A stretch of 64,000 nucleotides of DNA from a virus: IMG/VR virus record IMGVR_UViG_3300026382_000009, positions 32,001-96,000 of that record. One strand, given 5' to 3'. Position numbers and translations under genes: made by a program. Positions 1-10,189 of this stretch are shown here, piece after piece; position 1 is the stretch's first letter, and each line of letters opens with the position of its first letter. The notes beneath the pieces are model-generated. The model saw nothing but the letters and a program-made list of their open reading frames with translations. It made no database searches and was not told the DNA's origin.

Positions 1-1686
1 ATCATAAGCAAATGCCACACCATCATTATTCGTGGCATTAATAGACATTATTTGTGTTATATCATCAAAAATTGAAACATCTTTAAAATAATCTGCTTTT
101 AATCTAGTATTATCATGAATGTGTAAAAATTTTTTATTCAAAGAAACTTTTATGTTTGGTTTATCAAATTTTTCCCCAATAACAAAATTTAATGAATTTT
201 CAGTAGAATAAGGGTTTCCTATCCAAAGAGTTTTATCAGAATAAACTAATCCACAATTTTGATATTCAGATACATAAAAATTTTGACCTAAATGACTTAT
301 GTATGTATTATCTGTATATGGTGTATTTGATGTTGTTGCTACTATTCTGCTACCAGCATAATTATCAGTAGAATTTGTGTTTTCTAAATTAATTTGTGTA
401 ATACCATAATCGTCATTTTTAATTTTTATAATTTGAGCATTTGATTGAATTTCTTTGTCTTTAGTAATTTTCCAATAATATTTTGTAGATGTATTGTCTC
501 CATTATCATGATTAGCATATAAATATGATTCATTGTTAGTAATTTTTAAACCTGTTCCTTCAAATAAATTATTTCCTTGGACATAAGCATTTATAAATTT
601 ATTACCAAAATCAATTGTAAAATCATTTGAATCAGTTCCATTGTTTACAAATGATAATTTATAATTAGTTGTTAAATTAATAGTTGTATTTTCAGATAAT
701 GTTCCACCTAATTTTACTGTTCCTGAATTCTCTGTTAAACCATTAGTAAAATTATAATTTTTTGATTTTCCAGTAACATTATCAAATAAAATATCGTCTG
801 TTCCAATTTTAGCCGGTTTTCTAATTTGCCAAATAGTATTTTTGTTGTTGTTACCTTCACCAACAGCTACAAGATAATATGAAATGTCTATTCCATTAGG
901 AAAATCTGGATGTCTTTCTAATGCTTTATCTTTGTATAAATATATTCCATTCTCTTTTGGATTTGTTTGACCTGCTAAAAAGATAACATCGCCTTCTTGT
1001 GTTTCAATACCATCTATAATATAAGGACCATTTTGAATACCAATATCATAATTTGTATCAGCTTTTAATCTTACTCTAATTGTTCCAGCTCTAGTATTCA
1101 CGAAACTGTAAGGAACAATTTCACCCCTTTTAGATAATCTGTTTTCAGAATAAAAATCATCAGGATTTTGTAAATAAAAATTTGTAGCACTTCCAACATA
1201 CAAAGCAAAATAATCTTTTGTCAAATAACCAGTTAATTGTTTATTTTTATTATTTGGATCTACGTATTGAAAACCTGATATGCCATTCCCAAAAGACCAA
1301 TCAGCGTTTGGTTGAGTAGAACTTGGATGATGAATTATTAATTGTTTATCTTGTGTATTAATAATAGTATCTTTAGTTAAATTTCCACCTAATTGAATAG
1401 TATCATCATTAATTTCAATACCATTATTAGCTGATAAATTTGATTCAAATTTTGCTTCTTGCCAATTAGTATTGTCTGATAAATCTCCATTACCTGAATC
1501 TATCAATTGATAGAATTTACCATCTTCTTTTAAATAAACTAACATACCCCATTTTCTTTTTAATTGAGGTATGTTATCTCTTTCAATAGAATTTTCTACA
1601 GTAACATATCCACCTATTAAATTCTTATCTTCAAGTAATCCAAAATTTCCTCCAGGTTCAAAAGTTCCTGTAATTTTTATTCCCAT
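1..1686 (-). CDS. Large tail fibre/virion structural protein, C-terminus truncated by the window edge (absent from ORF track)
   Basis: ATG at 1686 with GAGGG upstream; reads MGIKITGTFEPGGNFGLLEDKNLIGGYVTV...; contains the fibre motif IDGIETQEGDVIFLAGQTNPKENGIY and a repeated NG.....T.+LGG.L...T motif. Partly hand-translated. Confidence 0.7.
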   Translation of the reverse strand, partial: MGIKITGTFEPGGNFGLLEDKNLIGGYVTVENSIERDNIPQLKRKWGMLVYLKEDGKFYQLIDSGNGDLSDNTNWQEAKFESNLSANNGIEINDDTIQLGGNLTKDTIINTQDKQLIIHHPSSTQPNADWSFGNGISGFQYVDPNNKNKQLTGYLTKDYFALYVGSATNFYLQNPDDFYSENRLSKRGEIVPYSFVNTRAGTIRVRLKADTNYDIGIQNGPYIIDGIETQEGDVIFLAGQTNPKENGIYLYKDKALERHPDFPNGIDISYYLVAVGEGNNNKNTIWQIRKPAKIGTDDILFDNVTGKSKNYNFTNGLTENSGTVKLGGTLSENTTINLTTNYKLSFVNNGTDSNDFTIDFGNKFINAYVQGNNLFEGTGLKITNNESYLYANHDNGDNTSTKYYWKITKDKEIQSNAQIIKIKNDDYGITQINLENTNSTDNYAGSRIVATTSNTPYTDNTYISHLGQNFYVSEYQNCGLVYSDKTLWIGNPYSTENSLNFVIGEKFDKPNIKVSLNKKFLHIHDNTRLKADYFKDVSIFDDITQIMSINATNNDGVAFAYD

Positions 1687-1751
1687 TATTCCCTCGCTTA
1701 TGTAATTTATAGAATATTTTAAATCATATAAATATTTAACAAATAAATACG

Positions 1752-1860
1752 TTATCAGAACTTATTAGAGCTTATCAGATGTGCTCTATTCATCGAATTT
1801 TATTTTAAAATATAAATTATAATCAAATAATTAAACATTCACCAGAGTCCTCCAGAGAGG
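1752..1860. repeat. Dispersed inverted-repeat element, copy A (reverse orientation) with three 10-bp tandem units
   Basis: ACCAGAGTCCTCCAGAGAGG (1841-1860) is the reverse complement of the CCTCTCTGGAGGtCTCTGGT core of copies B/D; units TTATCAGAAC TTATTAGAGC TTATCAGATG at 1752-1781. Confidence 0.8.
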
Positions 1861-1881
1861 AAAATAAATTGTATATCATAC

Positions 1882-2703
1882 TTATGATATTTTTGAATGT
1901 AAATCAGATGTTTGTTTGTATGTTGTTCTGTATACTTTATAAGAAAGAGTTACACCAAAACTATTTGTAATATTTATATTATCTAATTGTGTATAATCAA
2001 CTCCAAATCCTGTATCTTTATCTTTCCATTCAGAAATACTTCCAAAACTATCTGGAAATAAAATATAATAATATTCTTCTTTACCACTATTTATATAATT
2101 GTAATCACCTGAAAAATCAGATTTTAGTTGAGATGAAAAATTGTTTTTAACTTCATTTTCATTAACTACAGAATTTACAGAATTACCCCAATAAACTCTT
2201 GCTCTCCAATAAACAGTGAAATTTCTACTAAATGTTTGATTTTTTGTATTTTTTGCTTCAATTTTCCAAGTATAAGAACTATTAGGTGTTGTTTTAACTT
2301 TGTCCAAACCTATATCTAAATCTTCAGTTCCATCATTTGCTAAGTTTTCGCCTAAAACAGTTGATGCATTTACATCAGTTATTTTTATTGTATTATCAAT
2401 TATATTTTCTTGATGACTAGTTGTCCATTTGAAAGTTCTGATGCCACCAGTAATTTTATCACCAACTTCTAAAATTGTTGGTTGTAAATCTATATAAAAT
2501 GAATTAAATTTTGGATATTCATAAGGATATAATATCATATTTAGAACTTCACAAGGCGTTAAACCACTAATAACTGTTCCAGATTCAAGTCCACCATGAT
2601 TTGTTGGAACAGGATCACTTTTATCCATTACACAACTTCCTGTTCCTCCACCAGATGTATTTGAACCCTTAAATTTGAAAAAATAATAAGGATTTGTTAT
2701 CAT
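1882..2703 (-). CDS. Virion structural protein, beta-rich (Ig/Fn3-like)
   Basis: T/S/N-rich beta pattern, YYYILFPDSFG motif, located in the fibre cluster. Confidence 0.45.
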   Translation of the reverse strand: MITNPYYFFKFKGSNTSGGGTGSCVMDKSDPVPTNHGGLESGTVISGLTPCEVLNMILYPYEYPKFNSFYIDLQPTILEVGDKITGGIRTFKWTTSHQENIIDNTIKITDVNASTVLGENLANDGTEDLDIGLDKVKTTPNSSYTWKIEAKNTKNQTFSRNFTVYWRARVYWGNSVNSVVNENEVKNNFSSQLKSDFSGDYNYINSGKEEYYYILFPDSFGSISEWKDKDTGFGVDYTQLDNINITNSFGVTLSYKVYRTTYKQTSDLHSKIS

Positions 2704-2712
2704 AAAATCTCC

Positions 2713-3084
2713 TTAATAACCTACAGCCATAGGTATTAATGTAATTTTAGCATCTCCTGGAGAATTTATTGTTCCACCACTAAATTTGCAATTTACTCTT
2801 AGTAATTCTTCATTTTCAGCAATTGGAATCATAATTCTATATTTACCAGATTTTGAAAAAACTTTTTTATAATTTTTAACTGTTTCAGGTGTATCTTCAT
2901 ATTGCATTGGATACCAATCATCTAATCTTTTTTCATAAACATCAAATGTTAATATTAAATTAATCTCATCACCTTTTATATAATTTACATAAATAACAAT
3001 TGTTGATTTTGATGGAACAGAACCTTTTGCTGAAGTATCTCCTTCATCAAGTAAATTATTTTTAAAATCATATATTCTTATCAT
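2713..3084 (-). CDS. Small beta-rich protein, paralog of 4086..4469
   Basis: FDVYEKRLDDWYPMQYED vs FDVFDEKLDDFYPIQYDD; both have IY+NY and GKYRI. Confidence 0.6.
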   Translation of the reverse strand: MIRIYDFKNNLLDEGDTSAKGSVPSKSTIVIYVNYIKGDEINLILTFDVYEKRLDDWYPMQYEDTPETVKNYKKVFSKSGKYRIMIPIAENEELLRVNCKFSGGTINSPGDAKITLIPMAVGY

Positions 3085-4076
3085 TTTCTTTTTCCTTTGA
3101 AAAAATTGAAAAAGTTAAAATTTTTAAGTTTATTAAATTTGTTATTATAAATATAATTTTTTATTTCTATTGTTTTAACATCAATTTTGTTTTTTATCAA
3201 ATTTAGTTCGTTTAAAAAAATAGTTTTTAATTCATTTATTCTAATAAATGTTTGATTAGAAAAAAAATCAATTTTATATAATAAAGAATTTATTTTTTCA
3301 TCTTGTTTTTCAAAATGTTGTTTTAAGTTTTTATTTTCATCAAATATTTTTTTCAAAAAATTATATTGATAATCTAGTTTGGAAAAAATTTCATTTTTAA
3401 AATCAAGTAATTTTTTAATTAAATTATTTTGTTCAATGTTTATTGAAATTATTTTCAAAAAATTAATTTCTATTCGTGAAAATAATTTTTTTATTTCTTC
3501 AAAATGATTTTTGGAATTTTCTATTAACATATTTACTAACACATTATTTTTATTTATTTTTTCAATGATTTCATTATCTTTTTTGAATAATATGTTAATT
3601 GTTTCATTTTTTGAATTTTCTATTGATTTCTCAATTTTTTCTACATTTTCTTCTAGTTTTTTAATTTTTTCAATTTTTCTAAATAGAACTTTAAAATTTG
3701 TGTTTATACTCTCATTTAATGATAAAAATTGTTCTTTAAGTTGAGAAACATCATTTTTTATTAATTCATGAGATTTTTCAATAAAAGCTAACTTTTCTTT
3801 GAGAATTTGTTGATTTTTTTCAAGTTCTTTGAATTTGTCTAATTTTTCTATTTTTCTAAGAATTTCTGTATTTTTTAATTCATTTGCAAGATTTTTTTCA
3901 ATTTTGTTTAAATTATCATCAATTTTATTAATTTCTATTTTTAATTCATTTATTTTTGATAAAAATAAGTTTTCGGAGAGATTTTTGTAATTTTTATTAT
4001 TTTCATCGTTTTTTATAAATTTTTCATCATTTTTTTCATTTGATGGATTTTTATCAATTTTCATTGTTTTAATCAT
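3081..4076 (-). CDS. Coiled-coil protein of unknown function
   Basis: K/E/N/I/L-rich heptad pattern; RBS AAAGGA; ATGA overlap with next gene. Confidence 0.5.
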   Translation of the reverse strand: MIKTMKIDKNPSNEKNDEKFIKNDENNKNYKNLSENLFLSKINELKIEINKIDDNLNKIEKNLANELKNTEILRKIEKLDKFKELEKNQQILKEKLAFIEKSHELIKNDVSQLKEQFLSLNESINTNFKVLFRKIEKIKKLEENVEKIEKSIENSKNETINILFKKDNEIIEKINKNNVLVNMLIENSKNHFEEIKKLFSRIEINFLKIISINIEQNNLIKKLLDFKNEIFSKLDYQYNFLKKIFDENKNLKQHFEKQDEKINSLLYKIDFFSNQTFIRINELKTIFLNELNLIKNKIDVKTIEIKNYIYNNKFNKLKNFNFFNFFKGKRK

Positions 4077-4085
4077 TTATTTCCT

Positions 4086-4469
4086 TTAAGACAAAATCTG
4101 TGGTTTTTTATAATAAATTACTGCAACTCTGATATCTATATCTCCAATGTTTGTTGAATCACCATTAGGAACAATATTTATTCTTACTTTCTTTTCATTT
4201 TCTTTAACTTCTAAAGGTATTCTATATTTTCCAACTAAAAGGTCTCTATTATACGTAATAATTTGAGAACCATCATCATATTGAATTGGATAAAAGTCAT
4301 CAAGTTTTTCATCAAATACGTCAAAAGATATATTAAAACTGTTTTCTGTTCCTTTGTTTTTATAATTTATGTAAATAATTAATTCTCTATGATGAGATTC
4401 AAACTCTTGTGATGCCCTTGAAGAATATTCACCAACTAATTCACCAACATTATTATAAAACTTTATCAT
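4086..4469 (-). CDS. Small beta-rich protein, paralog of 2713..3084
   Basis: Shared motifs with 2713..3084; RBS AAGGA. Confidence 0.6.
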   Translation of the reverse strand: MIKFYNNVGELVGEYSSRASQEFESHHRELIIYINYKNKGTENSFNISFDVFDEKLDDFYPIQYDDGSQIITYNRDLLVGKYRIPLEVKENEKKVRINIVPNGDSTNIGDIDIRVAVIYYKKPQILS

Positions 4470-4527
4470 TTTAATCCTTTATAAATCCTTTTATTTATTT
4501 AATTTTTAAAAGAATTTATAAAGAACA

Positions 4528-4547
4528 AAGTCTCTTGAAAGAGACTT
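4528..4547 (-). terminator. Probable intrinsic terminator hairpin
   Basis: AAGTCTCT-TGAA-AGAGACTT perfect 8-bp stem at the stop of 4546..5190, followed by TGTTCTTT on the minus strand. Confidence 0.55.
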
Positions 4548-5190
4548 ATTGTCCAAATTTTTTAAATGGATTTATTAAAAATGTAAATGTATAACTGATA
4601 TGCTTTCCTATTACATCTGGTCCAACGTTCCAATTTTTCCAACCAATATTACATTTTAAACCATAATTTGTAAATGGATACTTCCATCTAAGTCTATACA
4701 TAGGATACATTTTATTATTTTCATCATAAACTTCTGTATATTCAAATCCTGTTTTATCAATTTTACTGTCTAAACAATTTTCATAATCATTATTGAATTT
4801 TTTTGTAGAACATTTTGAGTTTTTAAAAGCTTTTCTAAATCCTATATGTTTAATTACTATTCCATCAAAACCAAGTTTTAATCCAAGATTATGAACAGGA
4901 TTTCTTAGAACAGTCCATCTAAATCTTGTCCAAAAATTTCTTTCTCCATTAACATGTGAACGTAAGTAATAAATATCTCCATCTATTCCATCATCTTTAT
5001 TACCATAAATAGCATCTATCCATTTATCTTTAAATTTGTGATTAGGACGAGATGTTTCATTTCTTGGATTGTAATTTTCAATTCTGTTTAATAATAATGT
5101 TATTCCAACAATAAATGGAGAAAAAATAATAGCTATTAATTGAATAGAAAAAGTTAATAATATTCTAATGATATTTTTTATATGTTTCAT
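4546..5190 (-). CDS. Phage membrane-anchored hypothetical protein
   Basis: N-terminal hydrophobic helix; D..DGD, WTRFRW..LRNP and GWK motifs seen in phage hypotheticals. Confidence 0.5.
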   Translation of the reverse strand: MKHIKNIIRILLTFSIQLIAIIFSPFIVGITLLLNRIENYNPRNETSRPNHKFKDKWIDAIYGNKDDGIDGDIYYLRSHVNGERNFWTRFRWTVLRNPVHNLGLKLGFDGIVIKHIGFRKAFKNSKCSTKKFNNDYENCLDSKIDKTGFEYTEVYDENNKMYPMYRLRWKYPFTNYGLKCNIGWKNWNVGPDVIGKHISYTFTFLINPFKKFGQ

Positions 5191-5193
5191 TTA

Positions 5194-5676
5194 TTACTCC
5201 CATGTAATAGATTCAATTTCTTCAATAGTTTTTGCATTATCAAGTTGTTTTCTAAGTTCATTGTATTTGATAAATATTTCAGTTTGTGCTTGTCCAGCTC
5301 TTTGTAAAGCTTCTTTGAGTTCTGGTTTTGTTAATTCAATGATCTCATTATTATAATCAATCCAGCTAATAATTGTTGTATCATCTGGTAACCCATTAAT
5401 AGCTCTGTTCATCCTATCTTGTGATTTTTCATCGCCATTAAGTTCTTTTCTGTTATTTAATGTAATTTTTATAGCTGCTGTTAATTTTTTTCTAGTTGAT
5501 TTGAGAAAAGCTAGTTTACTAGTTTTGGCTTGTTTGAATAACTCTTGTTTTTGTAATTCACTAAATTCTTGCGGTGGATTGTTTTTATCATATTCTATAA
5601 AACCTTCAGGAACACTATACCCTGTCCCTTTAATTAATCTATTGTTTTCTATTTTATAAAAATATTTTAGTTTCAT
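5194..5676 (-). CDS. Tail fibre assembly chaperone-like (DUF4376-like)
   Basis: GDEKSQDRM...ISWIDYNN...LKEAL...AKTIEEIESITW. Confidence 0.65.
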   Translation of the reverse strand: MKLKYFYKIENNRLIKGTGYSVPEGFIEYDKNNPPQEFSELQKQELFKQAKTSKLAFLKSTRKKLTAAIKITLNNRKELNGDEKSQDRMNRAINGLPDDTTIISWIDYNNEIIELTKPELKEALQRAGQAQTEIFIKYNELRKQLDNAKTIEEIESITWE

Positions 5677-6179
5677 TATTTTCCTCCTATAACTATAACA
5701 GAAAATTTTTCGTCAAAATAGCTACTATCGCTATGTATATACACAGAAAAACTATCTATTTGATTAAATTGCCAACCAGTGTTAATTTCCCAGTGAGAAC
5801 CCGGGGCAAACACAGTAACAGCAACAGCATAGTTATTATTGTTTAAACTATTTTTAAAATGAATATCATACTGCCCAACGTCAAGTTTAACTACACTATT
5901 TATATTATAACTTTCTAAAATTGTTCCATCCTTGTCAATAACAGCCCAAGCAGTAACTTGATTCTTAATCCAACTATCATCTTTCTTAATAATTTCTGTT
6001 CCAGTTGTTTTAACTAATTCACCTACTATATTCTCTACTTTGTCTGCAACTGTTTGATCTAATACATTTGTTAAATCTTTCTCAGCTTTCCTATTCTCTA
6101 AATCTAGTGTTGACGGTTGATATGGACCACCAACACCAACTTTTTTGATAGTGTTACCTTCTTTGATTAATCCAGGCAT
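5676..6179 (-). CDS. Short tail fibre / receptor-binding protein
   Basis: C-terminal TAWAV...SYNINSVVK..VGQYDIHF....NNYAV fibre-tip motif; followed by a chaperone. Confidence 0.6.
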   Translation of the reverse strand: MPGLIKEGNTIKKVGVGGPYQPSTLDLENRKAEKDLTNVLDQTVADKVENIVGELVKTTGTEIIKKDDSWIKNQVTAWAVIDKDGTILESYNINSVVKLDVGQYDIHFKNSLNNNNYAVAVTVFAPGSHWEINTGWQFNQIDSFSVYIHSDSSYFDEKFSVIVIGGK

Positions 6180-6181
6180 TG

Positions 6182-6736
6182 TTATTCTCCTTTATCTTCT
6201 TTATAAATTAATTGACCATTATCTAAATCTATAACAGAATTTTTAAGTTTTTCAATATCAGTCTCGTTATTTATCTGAGTTTCAATAGACCATTTATTTT
6301 TGTATAATTGTTGTCCAGCTTGAATTATTTCTTTTTTCATTTCTACAAGTTGTGTTTTAGTAACTGTTGTAAAACTATTATCAGCTAATCTAAATTCTAC
6401 AGTATCTGTATCATTTTCTAAAATATCTAGTAAACCATTTATGTTAGTTAAAGCAACAATTCCAGCATCTATATCTTTATCAATTGTTTTACTATGTATT
6501 ACTGATTTTGTTTTTCTTTTTTCAAATTCTGTTTTTAAAATTTTTAAAAGTTTATTTTTAAAATATTCTAATCTTTCTTTTTCTGTAAAGGCTGGTTCAG
6601 GAGTATTACCTTCTTCTAGCCATTTTTTGATTTCTTGATAATGTCTGTTACCTGTTTCTAATGGAACAAAAATTCCATCAAGATAATAACCTTTAAGTTC
6701 ATTTGTTTCAATGTCTCTTATTTCTTTTACTTTCAT
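6182..6736 (-). CDS. Tail fibre assembly chaperone-like (DUF4376-like)
   Basis: VP...GNRHYQEIKKWLEEGNTPEPA and FRLADNSF...QLY..KW motifs. Confidence 0.6.
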   Translation of the reverse strand: MKVKEIRDIETNELKGYYLDGIFVPLETGNRHYQEIKKWLEEGNTPEPAFTEKERLEYFKNKLLKILKTEFEKRKTKSVIHSKTIDKDIDAGIVALTNINGLLDILENDTDTVEFRLADNSFTTVTKTQLVEMKKEIIQAGQQLYKNKWSIETQINNETDIEKLKNSVIDLDNGQLIYKEDKGE

Positions 6737-6751
6737 GTTTTCCCCTTTTTT

Positions 6752-7777
6752 TTATAATTCAGCATCTAATTCTACAGTCACTGTTCCCATTGCGTCATTT
6801 GTAGATTTAGGAAAAAAGTTGCTATTACCAATAAGTGTATGTGTTTTGTTGGGTAAATAAAATTTAGTAAAACTTGTTATTATTTCAATTGGAATATCTT
6901 TTTTATCTTCATTGTCATAAGAGTAATAACTCATTCTTCCTATTGCACCAGTTTCTGGAGAAATTAATTTTATTGATGGTGTAATTCTTTTTTCTTTATA
7001 TGAAATTACGCCAAATGTATCATCTGGTCCTACAGATTTCAAAATAGTTGTTGTAAATTTTTCATAATATCTTTTACATCTTTCTAATTGAACATCGTAT
7101 GGGACATATTCAAAACCAGTAGCTACAGATCCTTCTTCTAATTGAATATCTTTCAAATAAATTGTTGGTGTTGAAGTATCAGGAACTATATGTCTAATAA
7201 CTATCTCTAACCAAGAATTTTCTGGCTCATAAGTTGGATTACCATCTTCTTCAAATGTTGGCACTTTAAAACTTATTTCATAACGGTTAAACTCAGTATT
7301 TGTAAAAAAATTATTCAAATATATTATTTTGGACGCAGTTTTTAATTCACTGTCTGAACTATTATATTTTCTTGTTATCCAAATTTCTAAATCTTTACCA
7401 TTTCCATCAGATTTATAGTCAAAAGACAGTGTTAATTCTTTACCAGAATATAAATGTAAAAATTCCAATCTCTGTCTATAATCAACATATGCATGAACAC
7501 TCTCACTACCATCATTATAATTGTTAGTCATTTTTATTTTTAAACTAGCACTGTAATTATTTTCCACATGTTTACTGTATGTAGCGGCACAACCAAAAAT
7601 TTGTGCAATAGCCCTATCTGCTGTATATTCTTTTTCTAATGGAACATCTTTAGATTTGGTATCAAAAGAAAAGCTTTCTCCTCTCTGCCAAATACTAAAA
7701 TCACCATTAATAATTTTATTTTTAAAATTACATTGTGTATCAGGGTAATTTGATATTACCGTAATTTTATCAGACAT
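6752..7777 (-). CDS. Tail fibre / receptor-binding protein with carbohydrate-binding-like domain
   Basis: NKIINGDFSIWQRG ... QLEEGSVATGFE.......LERCKRYY signature. Confidence 0.7.
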   Translation of the reverse strand: MSDKITVISNYPDTQCNFKNKIINGDFSIWQRGESFSFDTKSKDVPLEKEYTADRAIAQIFGCAATYSKHVENNYSASLKIKMTNNYNDGSESVHAYVDYRQRLEFLHLYSGKELTLSFDYKSDGNGKDLEIWITRKYNSSDSELKTASKIIYLNNFFTNTEFNRYEISFKVPTFEEDGNPTYEPENSWLEIVIRHIVPDTSTPTIYLKDIQLEEGSVATGFEYVPYDVQLERCKRYYEKFTTTILKSVGPDDTFGVISYKEKRITPSIKLISPETGAIGRMSYYSYDNEDKKDIPIEIITSFTKFYLPNKTHTLIGNSNFFPKSTNDAMGTVTVELDAEL

Positions 7778-7797
7778 TAAACATCCTTTTTGTCAAA

Positions 7798-8157
7798 TTA
7801 TATTCTCAAATCTTCTATAACTTTCAAAAGTTCATCAAATGTTTTACACATATTAATTTTTTCTTCAATTTCATTACTTTTCTCTCTTATAACTTTTCTT
7901 TGTGATAAAATATCTGCATATTTTTCTTTTGTTGATGTAACATCACCTCCCTCAATTTGAATTTCAGATATTTTTGAAATAACCCAATCTGTTTTTTTAA
8001 GCTGTCTTTCTGCATCCCATTTAACCGTATCTATGGCTACTTTTCTTAATTCTTCTAAATCTGTAGGAATATTCCAAATTTTATTTCCTTTTTCATTTAT
8101 AAAAAAAGGATCTATATTTGAATAAACTAAATCACCAATTTTTATTTGTTTAATCAT
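7798..8157 (-). CDS. Tail fibre assembly chaperone-like
   Basis: LKKTDWVISK..E...R..IREKSNEIE motif; follows a fibre gene. Confidence 0.55.
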   Translation of the reverse strand: MIKQIKIGDLVYSNIDPFFINEKGNKIWNIPTDLEELRKVAIDTVKWDAERQLKKTDWVISKISEIQIEGGDVTSTKEKYADILSQRKVIREKSNEIEEKINMCKTFDELLKVIEDLRI

Positions 8158-8167
8158 TTATTTATCC

Positions 8168-9019
8168 TTATGAACTAAAATTTATATTTGAAAGTAAATT
8201 AATAGGATTTCCACTTCCTGAATCTCTAACAATACCATAAAGTAAATCTGAATAAGATAATGATGATCCATCTCGTTTAGTTCCTAGAAAATAATGTGTG
8301 AGTGAAACTCTAAAAGTTCCTGCATCTAATCCAATTAAAAAGCTATCTCTGTTTTTTCCATTGAATAAAACACTATATTCTTCGTTATAATGATCATTTT
8401 TATAATAATGAATTAAATCATATATTTGTCTATCTGAAGCTTTTACAAATGGTGTATCTCCAATTTTTACTGTGCATTCTTCCAAAGTTATTTGTCCACC
8501 TGTTGTTCCTCCCCATCTTAAAAAAAATCCAACTCTATGCGAAATAGGTAATGAATTATCAACAAAATCACCTGTTTGAAATGTTACATACCATGCATAA
8601 AATGCTGCATTTTGTAAAATTATTCCATTTGTAGCATTATAGTCTTTACCATGATAATTGTATACATAACATCTATTTCTAATTACTGGCTTAGCTGTTG
8701 TATCAGTTTCATTACCAAATATTCTAATAAGTTTATTTTTCACATAAATATCATTATCAATTACAAAATCTTCACTACCTCTTAAAATAATTTTACCATA
8801 TCCACCAACAGGGATACTATTAATAGCTTTTTCAATAGTTTTAAATGGTTTATCTTTACTACCATCATTGGTATCATCACCATTCCCAGCGTCTACATAA
8901 AATATTTTTTCTAAATTTTCAGCGAAAGGTAATCCTCTAATTAAATCTGCATCTATTCCACTTCCAGCTCCATCTATTTCTTTTACTTGATTTCTGAAGA
9001 AATCACTAAATTTTGCCAT
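8168..9019 (-). CDS. Tail spike/fibre receptor-binding protein (DUF1565/beta-helix-like)
   Basis: DGAGSGIDAD linker and YVDAGNGDDTNDGSKDKPFKTIEKAI motif. Confidence 0.65.
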   Translation of the reverse strand: MAKFSDFFRNQVKEIDGAGSGIDADLIRGLPFAENLEKIFYVDAGNGDDTNDGSKDKPFKTIEKAINSIPVGGYGKIILRGSEDFVIDNDIYVKNKLIRIFGNETDTTAKPVIRNRCYVYNYHGKDYNATNGIILQNAAFYAWYVTFQTGDFVDNSLPISHRVGFFLRWGGTTGGQITLEECTVKIGDTPFVKASDRQIYDLIHYYKNDHYNEEYSVLFNGKNRDSFLIGLDAGTFRVSLTHYFLGTKRDGSSLSYSDLLYGIVRDSGSGNPINLLSNINFSS

Positions 9020-10179
9020 TATACAACCCTCCAGTCATTATGCAATGCATTGTAAATAAATTTATATTCTTTATTTTCTAAATCTAAAACAATATTTGTA
9101 TCACCCATAATTGTTTCACTTCCACCAGGTTTCACTGTTAAATTATTTGTATTAAAAGTTCCTTTTACATCATTAATATAAATAGTATCACCATTCTTTG
9201 GACTTGCAGGTAAAGTAACAGTAAATGAACCACCACTCGTATCAGCAAATATATAATCACCGTTAACAGCATTATAATCAGAATTTTTATCTCTATAATT
9301 AAACTGTAATACTAAAGCATTTGCTATATGATTTTGATCAATAAATACATATCCATAATATTGTTTAAATTCTATAATATCATTTTTATTTAAGTCAATT
9401 AACCATTTAATATGTGTATTATCTTCTTCTGAAAAATGTTCACCATTGATTAACTTTACTCCATTCCTATAAACTTCAAGTGATTTTCCATCAGGATTGT
9501 AAACTCTGTCATGTGGTAATTCATAAACAGTTCCAGCAGGTATATCAGAAGTCAAAGTTACAAATTCATCAAATGCTACAACATTTGTCCCTTGAAATCC
9601 CTGCAAGTCAAAAAGAACACCATAACCATAAACAATTGTTTCATCAGATAATGAAGTAAATTTAATTCTGAAATCTGATGTTTTAGAATCCAAATAAATT
9701 CTATACGGTTCATCTACTTTTATCCATGTTGTTCCACCATCTACACTATATTCTATTTTATATTTAGAAGTATCTTGAGGCGTATTTACAAATATTTCGA
9801 ATGCTGAATAACTTCCACCATCAAGTATAATATTACCTGTTTCAAAATACTGATCAGTATTATAAACAAATCTTTTATTAACAGAATCATAAGTTCCATT
9901 GTTAAAAACTAATGATGGTTCAGGATTAATAGAATTAAATACAGAATAAGTTTCTTGAGCAAAATCACTTGATGCTAAAAGAATTTCATAAATAGATGCA
10001 TCATCACCACCTAAGCCACCTATAGGAACAACTTCTTCAGAACCATTGACAGGATTTAATCTTTTTGTGTAAATAGTTTGATCAGCTAAATTTACAGCTA
10101 ACTCTCCAACTTCAAGTTCATTTTTGTCAGGTATTAATCCTGGTGTATTACTTCTTTTTATCAAAAATTTTATAGCCAT
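9019..10179 (-). CDS. Tail fibre connector/branching protein
   Basis: N-terminal IKRSNTPG.IP...L.VGELAVNLAD..IYTK (T4 gp36/37-type) and C-terminal ADTSGGSFTVTLPASP..GD.I.I.D (gp34/gp10-type) motifs. Confidence 0.65.
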   Translation of the reverse strand: MAIKFLIKRSNTPGLIPDKNELEVGELAVNLADQTIYTKRLNPVNGSEEVVPIGGLGGDDASIYEILLASSDFAQETYSVFNSINPEPSLVFNNGTYDSVNKRFVYNTDQYFETGNIILDGGSYSAFEIFVNTPQDTSKYKIEYSVDGGTTWIKVDEPYRIYLDSKTSDFRIKFTSLSDETIVYGYGVLFDLQGFQGTNVVAFDEFVTLTSDIPAGTVYELPHDRVYNPDGKSLEVYRNGVKLINGEHFSEEDNTHIKWLIDLNKNDIIEFKQYYGYVFIDQNHIANALVLQFNYRDKNSDYNAVNGDYIFADTSGGSFTVTLPASPKNGDTIYINDVKGTFNTNNLTVKPGGSETIMGDTNIVLDLENKEYKFIYNALHNDWRVV

Positions 10180-10189
10180 TCAAGTCTCC

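Noticed and set aside
1752-1860. Repeats as a CRISPR array
   Set aside because: No repeat-spacer periodicity; copies are dispersed and palindromic
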